A stretch of DNA of 62,578 bases, counting the filler, from Choristocarpus tenellus KU-1152 (lineage: Eukaryota > Protista > Phaeophyceae): assembly GCA_964200185.2 (NCBI GenBank). It is 10 parts of 10 records of this genome, joined end to end, with 100 filler letters (N's around TTAATTAATTAA, not from the genome) between each part and the next. Parts side by side here need not be neighbours in the genome. Positions count along the whole stretch, not along the records: positions 43,636 to 58,172 come from CAXNAD020001165.1; positions 58,273 to 62,578 come from CAXNAD020015194.1; 8 more parts are not named here. One strand, given 5' to 3'. The stretch's first letter is position 1. Each line of letters begins with the position of its first letter. Made by a program: the position numbers and the translations under genes. The notes beneath the pieces are model-generated. The model ran no database searches. It was not told the DNA's origin and worked only from the letters and a program-made list of their open reading frames with translations. Below, piece after piece: positions 50,701 through 62,578 of the stretch.

Positions 50701-53700
50701 CTTCAACCTGAGCTTGACCTTTATCAACATTGTAGTGGTTGCCCTGAAAGCTATGGCTTAACATCAGCCTCTCTCACTCACTCACTTCTCTCTCTCTCTC
50801 TCTCTCTTTCTCCGCACCTTCTTCAGGTCATCCCCGCTGTGTCAAGACTGTGTGCTGGTGTGTGCTTCCATCCCGCGATGCCCTCCGCCGTGGCAAACGG
50901 GCCTTCACTCAAGATGGAGAACGAGCGCCGAGCCGGTTCCCCAACTCAACCTTGCCCCCCTCCACTCACCCACTTCAAATGGGTAGGGATCCTCTTGGAA
51001 GATCTCCTGAAAGGCACAACCATCGCGAGGCGAAGAACGCTGTTGTCGCTGCTGGTCAAGGGGGACCTAGGACTGGGCGCAGGGACTGGACGTGCCTCCG
51101 ACAAGGACGGAGTTGGTGGGGAAGGGGAAGGGGAAGGGAAAGGCGACGGCAGGGACGTGACGGGGTCAGGAGATGGCGATGAACAGATCGCTTGCATGGG
51201 GGAGGGGTGGGTGGTGAGGGTCCTCTTCGCGGCCCTGGACAGCATCAACTGGTCCAGGTGCGTATTCCGTTCAACGGAGCGATTGGGCCACACACTCCCC
51301 CCGCCCCCGCACACCTGGTATTTGCTCGGCCTCTGCCTCCTCATTGTCTATGTATACATACATACATACCTACATATATATGTGCATATAGCTGACCTTC
51401 TGATCGCATCACCCTATCTCTTCCACCGATAGTGTCGACCGATTCACCCTCGCTCCTTTAACGCCTTCCATCCCTCCGACCGACCGACCGGTGCAGCTCC
51501 GCTCAGAGCGACGTCCTGGAGGAGTTTTCGAAGGCGTTTGCGATCTTCCTACGGCGCTACTTGATGGCTCTTTCGGGTCCTCGCCTGTCAAACATGGTGC
51601 TCCTGACATTGACGGCCCTCAAGGAGCGGTCGCTGTGTTCCTCGAAGGCGGTGGCGACTGTGCTCGAGGCGTTTGACCTGAGTTCTACGTGAGTCTCTTT
51701 TGCTGTCCGGTTGATGCGATTTGGAAATGACAAGCTCTCGGGGTTGGTCCTATTCACTCTAGTGGCGGCTGATTGGTTCAATGGGTCTTTCTATCTGCCC
51801 TGTCGGGTGTGTTCGGCGATGGGCGAGCGCTCCGTTCTCACCTCTGCAGTGTCCTCTTCCTGACTTCAGCTGTTTGTCTTAATTGGCTCCCGAAGTGAGT
51901 TTGAGTGAGTTCTGTTTTGCTTCCACTGCTCTAGATTGTGCGATTTGCTCTCTTGCCGGGCGCCATGCGTCTTCTAACCCTATAACCCTTGGCCGTTATC
52001 CGTGTACGCTATTTTAGCTAAGACTCGATAATAGTTTGCCTCCACTGTGAACGGAGTGGGTGCATCGACTGTGTGCTATGCGCTAACGTATACACTTGAA
52101 GTAGCATACTCCAGAGTAGTTGGAGCGATGTGTCCTGTTCTTGTTGATAGGAGGTACATCATGTCCATATATACATGCATGCGGGTTAGACGATCCCGAG
52201 GGACTTCCGAAGTGTGCCTGCTTGCGCAGGGTCAGTCGCCTTTTTAGGTGCACAGCTGATGTACAAAACGACCTTTGTTTTCTTTTTCTTTGGAGGTGAT
52301 GTAACCGACCTCCGGGCCCTGCGAGCGATTGGTCTGATAAGACTTTGCTCCGGAGCGCTCCAGGGCTTAGAGTAGAATGTGTACATCGCGCACTATATAA
52401 CCTCACTTTGCCTTGGTGAGGTTGGGGAAGGGGAAGGGGAAGGGAAAGGCGACGGCAGGGACGTGTCTCCTTTCAATATAACAAGAGCTTCTTTTTTTTG
52501 TATCTATCCTTACAGCCGTTTGCATTCACTTCCTACGTGAGGGTGGAGGATGGAACCTACCTCTCCACCCTTCACTTACGTCCCATTAGTTTTTTTTTCG
52601 ATCTACCGTATTTTGATTGGTCGACATCCGCAGTAGGCTGCTGCATGTGTGCCCGGTGTATACATCAAAGTGAGCAAAAGTGCAGAGCTCTTTCACATAC
52701 TGCGTGTGACTGACTCACTTGGTGATCGGAAAAAAAAAAAATGCAGGAAAGTGCCTGTTTTGGGACCGGAGCTCCTGTGCATGGTGAGGGACACCCTTGC
52801 CGCGTTGGTTCTTCCTCTTAACCAGGTTAGATGCGTTTTCGGAAGATGTGTATTTTGGCGTTGGTGGTTTTGGTAATAGATAGAAGCTGTTACGTAGTAT
52901 GCATGCAGGCATTTTTGATAGTGCAGTTGCGATCCTGTTCATCTCTTTGCATGTGCTGTGGTGGTTGTGCTCGGTGCATTATCATCTCCGCTCTCATTTG
53001 GGCAAAATTCACTCTGTCCTTGAAAACATAGGTGAAGCGAGTCATGCTTCTGGACGGGATAATGCACCTACTCCTTCACTTTACCGACTATGCGCACCCT
53101 GCCCTGTCACTGCCGCCGCCGCCGCCACCGCCGCCAGAGAGACACTCTCCGTCTTTGCTAGGGCTGATCATGAGCATTCTATCTCTGATACCTAGGGATC
53201 TCGCCATTCAGAGGTGAGGCTGAATTGAAAGCAAGCTCACCGTGTTGACGTTGATTTTGTTGGTCGGTCATCAACCATCCCGTGATGAGGTATGTATAGA
53301 TGTACTGACAGAGTAGTATTGAGGAGACCATTGATTGATGTCGGGCGTTCCCTTGTTTACGGACCTTAGACCCCCGATCGATCTTACGCGTGGTGGTTTT
53401 CAATGTGAAAAAGTGAGCTTTGTGGCGTGTCATGTTGCGTAATGATAACAGCATGTATCTAGGGACGGTACTGTAGGCAATTAGTAACAGTCAGCAGATC
53501 GTATGACTCAAGACTCCAAACTCGCACAGATGCTTCTTTTTTTTTTAACTCCAAAAATGACAAACTCAAAAAGAGTCTTAATTGCATTTGTTCAACCCGT
53601 AATTCTGGAAGGTACTGCTCAAGTCTGGCAAGCTGGCTCCAAGGCTTTGCAACGGTCACGTGTAACACTTTGAACGTCCCGTGGCTGGAAGCAATCCAGG

Positions 53701-56700
53701 AGCGTCTTTGTGCCCTCTTGAGGGGAGGGTGTGGAGGTCAAGATGTGAATGTTCCCGGTGGTGGTTCAGGATGGAACAGGGAGGCGATAAAATCCCACAC
53801 GGTGGATGTTGGTGAAGACAGTGACAGAGAGGCTAAAGGACTCAGTATCGCACTCATTGTGATTTCAGAGACTATTTGTTCCAGGGACGATCGTATCAAG
53901 GTGGGAAACGTTTTTGTCTTAAAGAGATTTTCCGTCTCTGTAGGGCCTGATTACTGCCTCCTCCAGTGTCACACACTAGGTGGGAGTTGCAGCACCAGGT
54001 TGGTGTTGCTTTGCATCAGTCCTCTGGATGGATCTCGGAGAAGTGACCCACCACCCCGCAGGCTTCTGCAGTTGTTTACTCAGTTCCCTGGTGCTTGGGA
54101 GGACACTGGGAGCACGTTGTGTCAACACAATGCTTCGATTTTTTATTTTATGGAGTAACAGTTACACAAGTAGTTGACTTGTGCCGAAAAGGTTCAGAAC
54201 TGTTCATGTCGGGGCACAGCGGGTTTTTCTTTTGCTTGTCATCCCTTGAGCCCCGCTTGTCTTACCTATTGGGCAGGTTATCTCCACGGCACTTGGCCCA
54301 CTTATCAGGGTCCTGGAGACTAGCTACTCTCGCCCCTACATAGCCCCGAGTACTCTTGCCAAGAGCTTGACGTTCTTCTCCTTGTGGGTCCAGCTTCAAT
54401 TCCTCGCTTCTCCGCTTGAGTCGAGAGCTAATCCTGTAGGACAATGCTCACCAAGGGCCTGGAGGCTTTACCCTCTACAGGGTTGTGTTGGCGAGGTCTT
54501 GGAAGCGATTGCCAATAAGCTTGGAGCAATGCTCTCTGTGGAGTATGCAGGACAGAGGGCAAAAGACCTTGAAGGGAACGGGGACGAAACTGCCATATTT
54601 GTGGATGCGCTCGCTTCATTGATGCAAGGGTTTTTTGTCTCAGGTTCTGCCACAGTCCAGTCTGTTTATCCCTGCCTGCAACAACTCCAGTGCCAATGCG
54701 TAACTCTCCTTTCCCCCCCAACAGTGGACGCCCCTGGTAAACCTCAATTTCCGGACAAAATCGTCCTGGCCACGGCCACCATCGAGGCTCTCGTTAGAGC
54801 AGTTCCTTCCCCTCTTTGTGGCGATACATCCACCATTCCCCACACGGACAATGGCATGACTGGGGCTCTGTCTTCTGGGGAGGCAGCGACCATTGTATCA
54901 GCTCTCTTGACGTGTCAATTCAGAGGACGGCCCACCCAGAATGCCAAGTCCGGGATTCGTGGTGAGGGGAGCCCAAACAGTTCGTTGAAAGGAACCTGTC
55001 GAGAGCCCTAACCAACGTGTTCTTTTTGTGTCTGGCATGTGAGATCTTGCAATGATGTGCATGTGTTGGGGATGCAGAGCGTGCTTGTTCCCTAAAACTG
55101 TTACAGTGACCCTCACGTGATATAGTCAGGGATGCTGCTTCAGTTTTCCTCGCACCATTATAACCAAGTCGTCATGACCGCCACAGACCAGCGGAGCAAA
55201 TGGAGTCAGATGCTGAAGCTCCATGAACAGCGCAAGTGGATATGCGTTGCTAAGCTTTTGCCCGTGGTATTCAAGCCTGCCATGAGTATGCCGTATGATT
55301 CCTTGGAATCTCCCAGAGGACTGTGTCCAGGTTTGACCCCTCAAAGCTTTGTTAGAGCGGCCGGAGCAAGGTTTGATTTTGTGTATACTCTGGACTACTG
55401 ACGTGTCTCTGACAGTATCCTCTCTGGCATTTTTTCCAAGCTGTATATTATTCTTGTCTTGAGCTTTGGAGAGTGGAATGGTAGGAGTACTGGCTAAAGG
55501 CATATCCTTAATGCTCTCACCTTATCCTCCTGTGGCAGCGGAAATCCTCAGTTCTGTGGTCGAGGGTCTGCAGGAGAGCACTAGGGAGGACCTCCCTGTT
55601 GCTATGGCATGCTTAAGGGATGTCCTCCCTTTGTTTATTCTGTCATTGCCGCTGCAAGAAAGGGCAGATGAGCTGGAGCAAGTTTTTGAGGTAACATTTC
55701 AGGGGCTGTCGTACTGCAGGGAGGGACTTTGCTGAAGCAGTTCACGCTCTCTTCGTCTAGGTTGCATTCTTTTTTGAGCTAGAGTTCTAGGTAAACGTGT
55801 CACACCCTCGATATCATGCAGTTGCGTACATTTGTACCCTGTGTTGTTGTTCCCCTGTCTCATACAGCACATGTGGAGTGCTTTTGCTGAGGTTCGCCGC
55901 CAACAACCATCACTGCTGTACAGCCTAGTCACTGCATTGTTTCATCCAGCACTCATGGCATTACCAGAGGTCAATGGCGACCCTATGGATGACAAGAAGG
56001 TGCTCAAGCATAATTTGCTGATGTGTTTGTTAGACAGTGGGTTCATTGATGGCCATGTGTGAATTGAGGTTGAGGTCACCTCTGTCTGTGACCCTACATT
56101 GCGATTCCTTGGTTATCAGAATTACTCTTGTTATAGTGACTTGATTTTTCCCAGAACTTTATACGTATCTTTATTACAGATTCAGTGAATATTCTTGTTT
56201 GCACATTCTGGAGCTTCTCTGTCATTGCCTATGTGGGCCCACCTTCTGTTTCAATGCACATTTCCTCATCGTTGCAGGCTCGATCCAAATCCCTCAGGTA
56301 GACAACAAGGCCTCCCCGACCTTGGTCGAAGTCTTCAACAAGTTGCTGGATGGAGGGATGAAAACCAAGCCTAAACTCGTGAGGACTCTCGTTGGAAGGT
56401 GCACTGCAGTGTGGGCTCACAACCCAGGTATTTGAAGCACGGGATTGGAAGGATTTTCTGTTTCCTTCTTTGATAATACTAGAAGTATGAGCTGGTGGAA
56501 GCATGTACGACTTCAGTATTATCAGAGGCTTAGGAAGCATGAAAATGCCTTGGGGTATGTATGGCGTCAGATTGTGTGCGCATGCATGCACACAAGGTCA
56601 TTCCCGTCCGTCCGTCCGTCCACTTCCGAGATACCGAGTGGAAGTATCTTAGGGTTAGGGTACGAGTTTTGCCCTCTTTGTCCGTTTGGGGCTTGGCTTC

Positions 56701-58172
56701 CTTCCCATTGGTTCTTTTCATGACATATTTCTAGTCCAAAACGTTTAGAAGTAGGTAAAACGTATACGTTACGAAAAGGTGTTTTCCGAAACGTAGATAA
56801 TTGACATTTCCTATCAAACATAATAGTCAAAATTACATCAAAACCGCAACATTGGATTTTGACCCCAAATGAACACGGCTCTACCCTCTAAGATACTTTG
56901 GCTCACCCCTCCCGCTGACCCCCTATTCCCTGCAGATGCTGCGCTTCCATACGTGAGCAGTGTGGTGAAGGTTCTCCTCTTCCGAGAGTGGAAAGAGAGT
57001 GTTGATACATCTACAAATAAGGACAGTCATCTGGACGCCATCCCTGATGACGTTGAAGGCACAAGGTTTGACCTTGGAGAGAGATACATCTGTGCAATGA
57101 GTGTCAATGAAGACTAGTGTGCAGTGCCCAGCGCTGAATAACCATTGCAATATAGTTGTAAAAGGCAGGGATGCGTCTGCCATCATTTGGTTGCAGGTAG
57201 CCCACACCCTGGGACTACTTCTATTGTGGTGAGCCTGCTTGTAGGTAAAGAACGCCTTTTTCGGTTTCTAATATCTCCCAGTGTTTTTCTACTCCCATCT
57301 CTCCCTCTTTGTTTCCTCCCAGGCCCATTGATGTGCCTCGCCTTGTGGTGCTCATGTTCATTCAGAAGAACCTAATTCCTCTCGCTGCTGGTGGAAATCA
57401 GGTACTACTCCAAAGCACTGACAAAATACCTTTTTACCTCACTCGCACAGTTGCAAAGGACAGATTTGATCCTCACCCTTCTTTTTCTGGGTTGTTAGCA
57501 GCCAGCTTCCTCACTTTGTTCTTTGCGCCACGTATGTTGTATCAAGACTAATGCTAACCCTATAACCCTAACCCTTCCACCTTTGGGCTGCTGCTCCCAA
57601 CACAAAGCGTATGGAACACGGATTGTGCTACTGCCAGTGACCCATCCCACAGCCTTCATATTTCGTTTTTTTTGTGACCAGGCATCCAGGCTCTTCCTGC
57701 AACGCCTAACTACACGCCTGATGGATCTGCATAAGACCACAGAGTTCCAGGCCACCACGGTAACAAACAGCGCGGCATACGGGCGGAAGCTGAGAACATG
57801 GCAGGTAGAGGACTTACTGTCCCCTTTCCGATTCTCTCAATTAATGTGTAGCACCTGGTGTTGTCGACTTACTGTCATACTTCGATGAATCTTCAATGCA
57901 TTGCACTGCTGCACACCCCCCGTTGGAATGGGGGGTCTGGGCGTTTCAAGGATCTCCAAGAGGTCAATTTGTTGCCTCGAGGGCTGCAAACAATTGGCAC
58001 TCCGTGTGATGCAAAGACAGCGGGTGTCTTCAGGGAAAGTAAGGCAGAGGGGGGGGGGGGGGTTAGCGTAGACGTGCTCGGTCGAGCTGAGTTCATGCAA
58101 GGCACTTATTGCTCAACCTCTGTTTTGTTTTGTTTTTTCGTCAGGCACTGTGCATCCTTTGCGGCTACCTCT
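47724..58172 (+). CDS. TARBP1: TARBP1/Trm3-like tRNA Gm18 2'-O-methyltransferase homolog, long helical N-terminal region (SpoU domain beyond contig end)
   Basis: 21 phase-compatible exons: 47724-47831, 47945-48077, 48343-48929, 49177-49314, 49550-49664, 49814-50039, 50403-50484, 50827-51257, 51497-51688, 52747-52825, 53032-53213, 53612-53900, 54394-54961, 55130-55330, 55464-55690, 55868-55999, 56298-56427, 56936-57065, 57323-57401, 57682-57804, 58145-end. Motifs DLCRRRGLHLLQR, WQDF..VFEVL..ESEIHLVDQVIP and NSAAYGRKLRTWQ|ALCIL match TARBP1/Trm3 (RKRALYLL; E.QIH.I.PV.P; NS..HR.K.R.WQ.L..L). Some splice sites are uncertain. Confidence 0.78.
56636..56904 (+). mobile_element. MITE family A, complete copy (intronic) with a telomeric repeat in its left TIR
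   Basis: GAGTGGAAGTATCTTAGGGTTAGGGTA ... TACCCTCTAAGATACTTTGGCTC, with TSD ACC/ACC. Confidence 0.92.
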
Positions 58173-58272
58173 NNNNNNNNNNNNNNNNNNNNNNNNNNNN
58201 NNNNNNNNNNNNNNNNTTAATTAATTAANNNNNNNNNNNNNNNNNNNNNNNNNNNNNNNNNNNNNNNNNNNN

Positions 58273-61200
58273 AGAGTTGACCAAAGCCCTCATGGTGCGA
58301 TGGATCCCCCCAGATTCAATGCTGCACAGGAAGGGGGGGGGGGGCCCCATCAGGTGGTGGGCAGGGGCAAGGGGGTTGTGTCAGTGGGAATTCCCAGTGA
58401 GGAGGCGATGCCACCATACATCCCTCCCAAGTTTTCAAAACAGGGATCATTCAGTCGAGCAACACACCGGAGGGGGAAGTCCCGGTCCTGCAGTGGGGAT
58501 GAGCAAGGAGTCATTGCCATGGGCAACACCTCTTCGACAGTATTTTCAAATGTGCCTGGGGGCGGGGGAGGGGTAGGCAGTGCCACTAATTCAGTAAAAC
58601 GTGTATCTATTAGTCCAAGGGCGCGTATGCTTCCCCCCCTTGCTCCGCGGTTTTCACCTCCTGGTGGTGCTGGTGCTGTTAACACCAATACACCTCAGAT
58701 ATTGAGGTTGGGTCCTGCAGCTAGCACTGCAAATAATGGTAATAAATCTCAGGTGCAGGTGCCTCAACTGACAGGCTCTGTTAACACTGGGGCTTCCACC
58801 TCAGGGGGTGAGCCTTTTGAAGGATCTCCAGAAGAAAGAGAGGCGTTCTTTGACTATGCCTTGATGCAACTGGGTACAGAGGAATTGGACAGTAGAAAGT
58901 TGTCGTCATCGCAGGAGTCTAGCGGAAATAGGGAGGGGGTTCAAGTGGAAGTGACTCCACGTGCAAGAAGGGGTAGGAAAGGAGTCAAGGCTGTACAGCA
59001 GGTGAGATGGTGATAGAGAAACAAGACAAAACACTTTCAGTTCAACTTCCCTTTTTATCTTTTTACTTTTAGAATTAATCAGTTTTTGGTTCTAGGAAAA
59101 AGTGATAGTATCAACTACACTTAAGAATAACATAATAACAATAGTAGTGACTATAATTTCTGTGTAGTTGAGCAAAGCTTAACAAATCTCACAGGGAGTT
59201 GATTTTTGGGGTTGGGGATGGAGTGCTGTTTGAGTTTTCTTTGCACATGCTTCAATATGCTCAAGTTCACAGGGGAACTGCCCTGTCTTTGAGAAGACCT
59301 ACTGCCCTTGGGGAATCACTGCTGTCATACTTTTTTTCCTTCTTCAAATGAAGGTCAGGGTTACTTTTCACATGGTTTAGGGTTAGGATCAGGGTTAGAT
59401 TCTCAAAAAGGAGTGTGAAGATTGAAAAGTGGTTGATCCATGAGAGGTTGTGTTTCCCCAGTGCACACTATACTCCTCCACCACTTGTACAATGTTTCCT
59501 TGGCAGGTTCGGTCAATTCTTCACACACATGTTAGAGTTATGGTTAGAGATAGGGTTAGGGTTGGGTTTTCAAGAATACATGCTAAAAAGTAAAAAATAT
59601 ATATGCTGTGGGGTTTTCCAAAGAGATGGATGTTCCTCGGTGCACTGCAACACACAAATAGTGTAGTATCCCTAACCCTAACCACAACAAAGGAGCCATG
59701 TCTAGCTGGTTGACTGGGTAGCTGGGTAGCTGTGGTCATTGTTGCAGCCAAAATGATGCAATGGTCAGGGTTAGGGTTAGCCATCTCTTCATGACTGTAC
59801 AGGTAGGAACATTTTGATGATTTTTCTTTATCTTTTTTTCTTTTTCCCATCCCTTCAAATGTCGGCAATATCCCCAGAAGGGGTGTGAGATACAATAGAA
59901 GGGAAGGGAAGGGACAGGAGGGGGGGTGGTATGTGGATGGCTATAGTTGCAGATGTAGCACTTTGCATGTACTAGTTGAATTACTGCCGATAAGATACAT
60001 TCTATCTATTTTCTTTTTAATATGACATGATGTACTGGTATCTTTGGGTTGGGGTCAGGGGTTAGGGCTGGGGTCACAATGGCCCGTGTTTGCAATGATG
60101 TAAGTAAGATCAATGTTTATGAATGTTTACGATTTTGAGTAGAGTGCTGTACATCCTAAGCCTGTGCAATGCTAGACATTTGGCAAGTATTGATGCAATT
60201 TGTGGAACTAAATTGCCCCAGGATGAACTGAATCATCTATGAGTAAACCATTGATCAAGAACACAAAGTGTGTATCCACATCTTACAGCCCATTTATTAC
60301 CTTTGCCATACCCTATCTAATGATAGTGAAGCAGATTGGGGATGATTTTGGTAGACTGTAAGATGCAGCTGACCATGCAAGACAGACAGTGGTCATTCAT
60401 GTGGTTTTAGGGTGTACCTTGTACCGTCAGCTATAACTTGACACTATCAAACCCTCCTCACAAAGGCATGGGATTTCTATGTATCAGAGATAGAGGACCT
60501 CTGTGATTTGATCAACATCGTTCTCCTCAGAAGGTCCTATCACTTTCAAAAAATCCCTAACCCTAACCTTTATTTTATTTTAATTTTTATTGTGTCCTTC
60601 TATCTTCTGCAGGTTAGGAGGGATGGAGGCAATAACAAAGTAGAAAAGCAAACTAGTCTGACTAATTTCGATAGCAACAAGACATCACACCGCATTTTAG
60701 GGTTAGGGTTAGGAACATGCACAGATGGTTCAGGTGGTACCACTCGACAGACTCAGGTACAAAAATGGTACCAATGTGCTCACCAACAGCGAATGGAGGG
60801 GATGTTGGGACATGATTCGGCTATGAGCACTGGTGGGCGTCGGTCAGGTCTGCAGTCAGGACAAGAAATGGGTTTGGACCTGGATAGGGAGGGGGAGGAT
60901 ATTGGGATGGAAGTGGAGGATTTCCGTGTATGGGGAGGCAAAGGAGAATCGCAAGGTGAGTCATGCAGTGCAATGAGGATGCATTTATTGATCTCATTTT
61001 CCAATGGCAGATGTTGAAGCTATTCCATTCCATGGTGTAGGTATTGCATTTCATTGTGTTTTTGCTGCTGCCTGCTGTTACTACTACAATTATTGTTATT
61101 GGTAATGTTATTAACATTGCTGTTGCATGTATTTGTTTTTTTGTTCATACTGGTGTTTGTCTCTGTTATTGGACAAAACCAGGCGAGCATCATTCTGCCC

Positions 61201-62578
61201 TTGGTCATTTAGAGCATACTAGTAGTCCTGGAGGTAGTCCCTTGGGCCTAGATCTGAGACAGAAGCACCTGGGGAAGCAACTCTGGACAAAGCTTGAAGA
61301 AGCACAGACTCATGGAAGTGGTGATGATGATGTTGATGGTTATGTTGATGATAATAATCAGCAGCACCGAGAAGGACGCAAACACTTGTCAACACAGCAA
61401 GAGAACCAACATACACAAAACCAAGGACGACAAGGACAAGGACAAGGACAAGGACAAGGACAAGGACAAGGACGCCTCCAGGCTGAGGTTGGGGTGGATG
61501 AGGGAGGTCGTGTGTACTCTAGCCCGTCAGGCGTGTCTGGTGCAACATGCAGTCCCGTGGAAGCATCCTCTGATGGTAGTGACTCTGGCATGGATGGTGA
61601 GACTGATTATACGGACGATACAGACTCTGGGAAGATTGAGGTGTCCCGTAACATGCCACGTGACATGTCCTATGTGCGCTGTGGTGTAGAGAAGCAGAAA
61701 GGGCTGTACCGTGTCAAGCAACAAGTTCAACACCTTGGACAGGCGGAGGTGGATAATAGCTTGGAAAGACATGTAGCAGATGGGTTAGGGTTAGGAATGG
61801 GAGTTGGTGGGAGGGGCTGGAGAGGGAATCGCAATGTAGCAGGCAGTGCTGGTGTTGGTGCTGGTGTTGGTGTTGGTGTACTGTCCCCCCCCTGCCCTCG
61901 ATATGGAGAAGTTGAAACACCTAGCAGGCGGAAGGTTGGGGAGGGGGGAGGGGTGTCCTTGAAGGGGTCGTGGGTGCCGCCTCGATCTGTTGCCATCCTG
62001 GGGCATCATCGTCCCCATGTGAAAAATGCCAAGAAGATTGGCAGGGCAAGGAAAGGCCATTCTTTGGATTGGACAGGTTCCCGACCTGTATTTGTTCCTG
62101 CATATTCAGAAGTGATGCCTGGTGCAGGGGGGGGCACAGAGGAGTTGGGGAGAGGCTGTGTCAAGAAGGTGGTTGAAGATACCAGAGATTTCCATGCAAG
62201 ATCTTCTTTGGAGAGGCTTGTGGGGGATGTTGGCAGTGATTTAGGACATGATGAGAGTCATGTGGAAGGTGTTTCTGGAAATTATGTTGATCTAGAGGGG
62301 CAGGCCTGGAAAGATGACTCAGAAAAGGATATTCGTTCTAAAATTAACTCAAGAGAGTTAGGATTAGGGTTAGCTGAATCTGGAGTGGTGCCCTCTACCT
62401 TGCCTTGCGCATCGGGTGCTACCAGTAATAGTAGTACAAAGCCGGTCTTGCTTGGACTTGGCTGCAGTAGTCCGATCTATGATCGGGGACGGAGCTTGCT
62501 GGCAATAGACAAGGCGTGGGGAGGGACAGAAAAGGAGGAGGGGGAGGGGGAGGGAAAGGGGGGTTCATGGGAGGTCAC
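58273..62578 (+). CDS. Large low-complexity, probably disordered protein (internal exons)
   Basis: Open exons 58273-59001, 60613-60955 and 61213-window end, with GT-AG sites and matching phases. Rich in G/S/Q, with a (GQ)n tract and three LGLG tracts encoded by TTAGGG arrays. No domain recognised. Confidence 0.7.

Overview
Eukaryotic, intron-rich genomic DNA. It is not one locus: ten unrelated contigs are joined by nine artificial 100-nt linkers (44 N + TTAATTAATTAA + 44 N). Intron structure, TE relics and protein similarity suggest a stramenopile, probably a brown alga, and possibly an early-diverging lineage such as Discosporangiales (inference). All homologies come from recalled family motifs, not from database searches. 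Partial host genes reconstructed by hand-splicing: COG2, an EF-hand Ca-binding protein, HID1, a HERC-like RCC1-repeat protein, threonyl-tRNA synthetase head-to-head with a TARBP1/Trm3 tRNA methyltransferase homolog, and two disordered hypothetical proteins. Mobile DNA: an intron-containing Sola-like (DUF7869-type) DDE transposase pseudogene, two related MITE families (9 copies), and fossils of Gypsy, Copia, LINE, pogo and IS630/Tc1-like elements. Most notable signals: (1) about 20 or more short interstitial TTAGGG arrays, some inside exons (encoding Leu-Gly repeats) and one demonstrably created inside a MITE TIR after insertion; (2) CpG-deamination footprints between MITE copies; (3) the Sola-like transposase with its candidate MITE partners; (4) three GC-AG introns.
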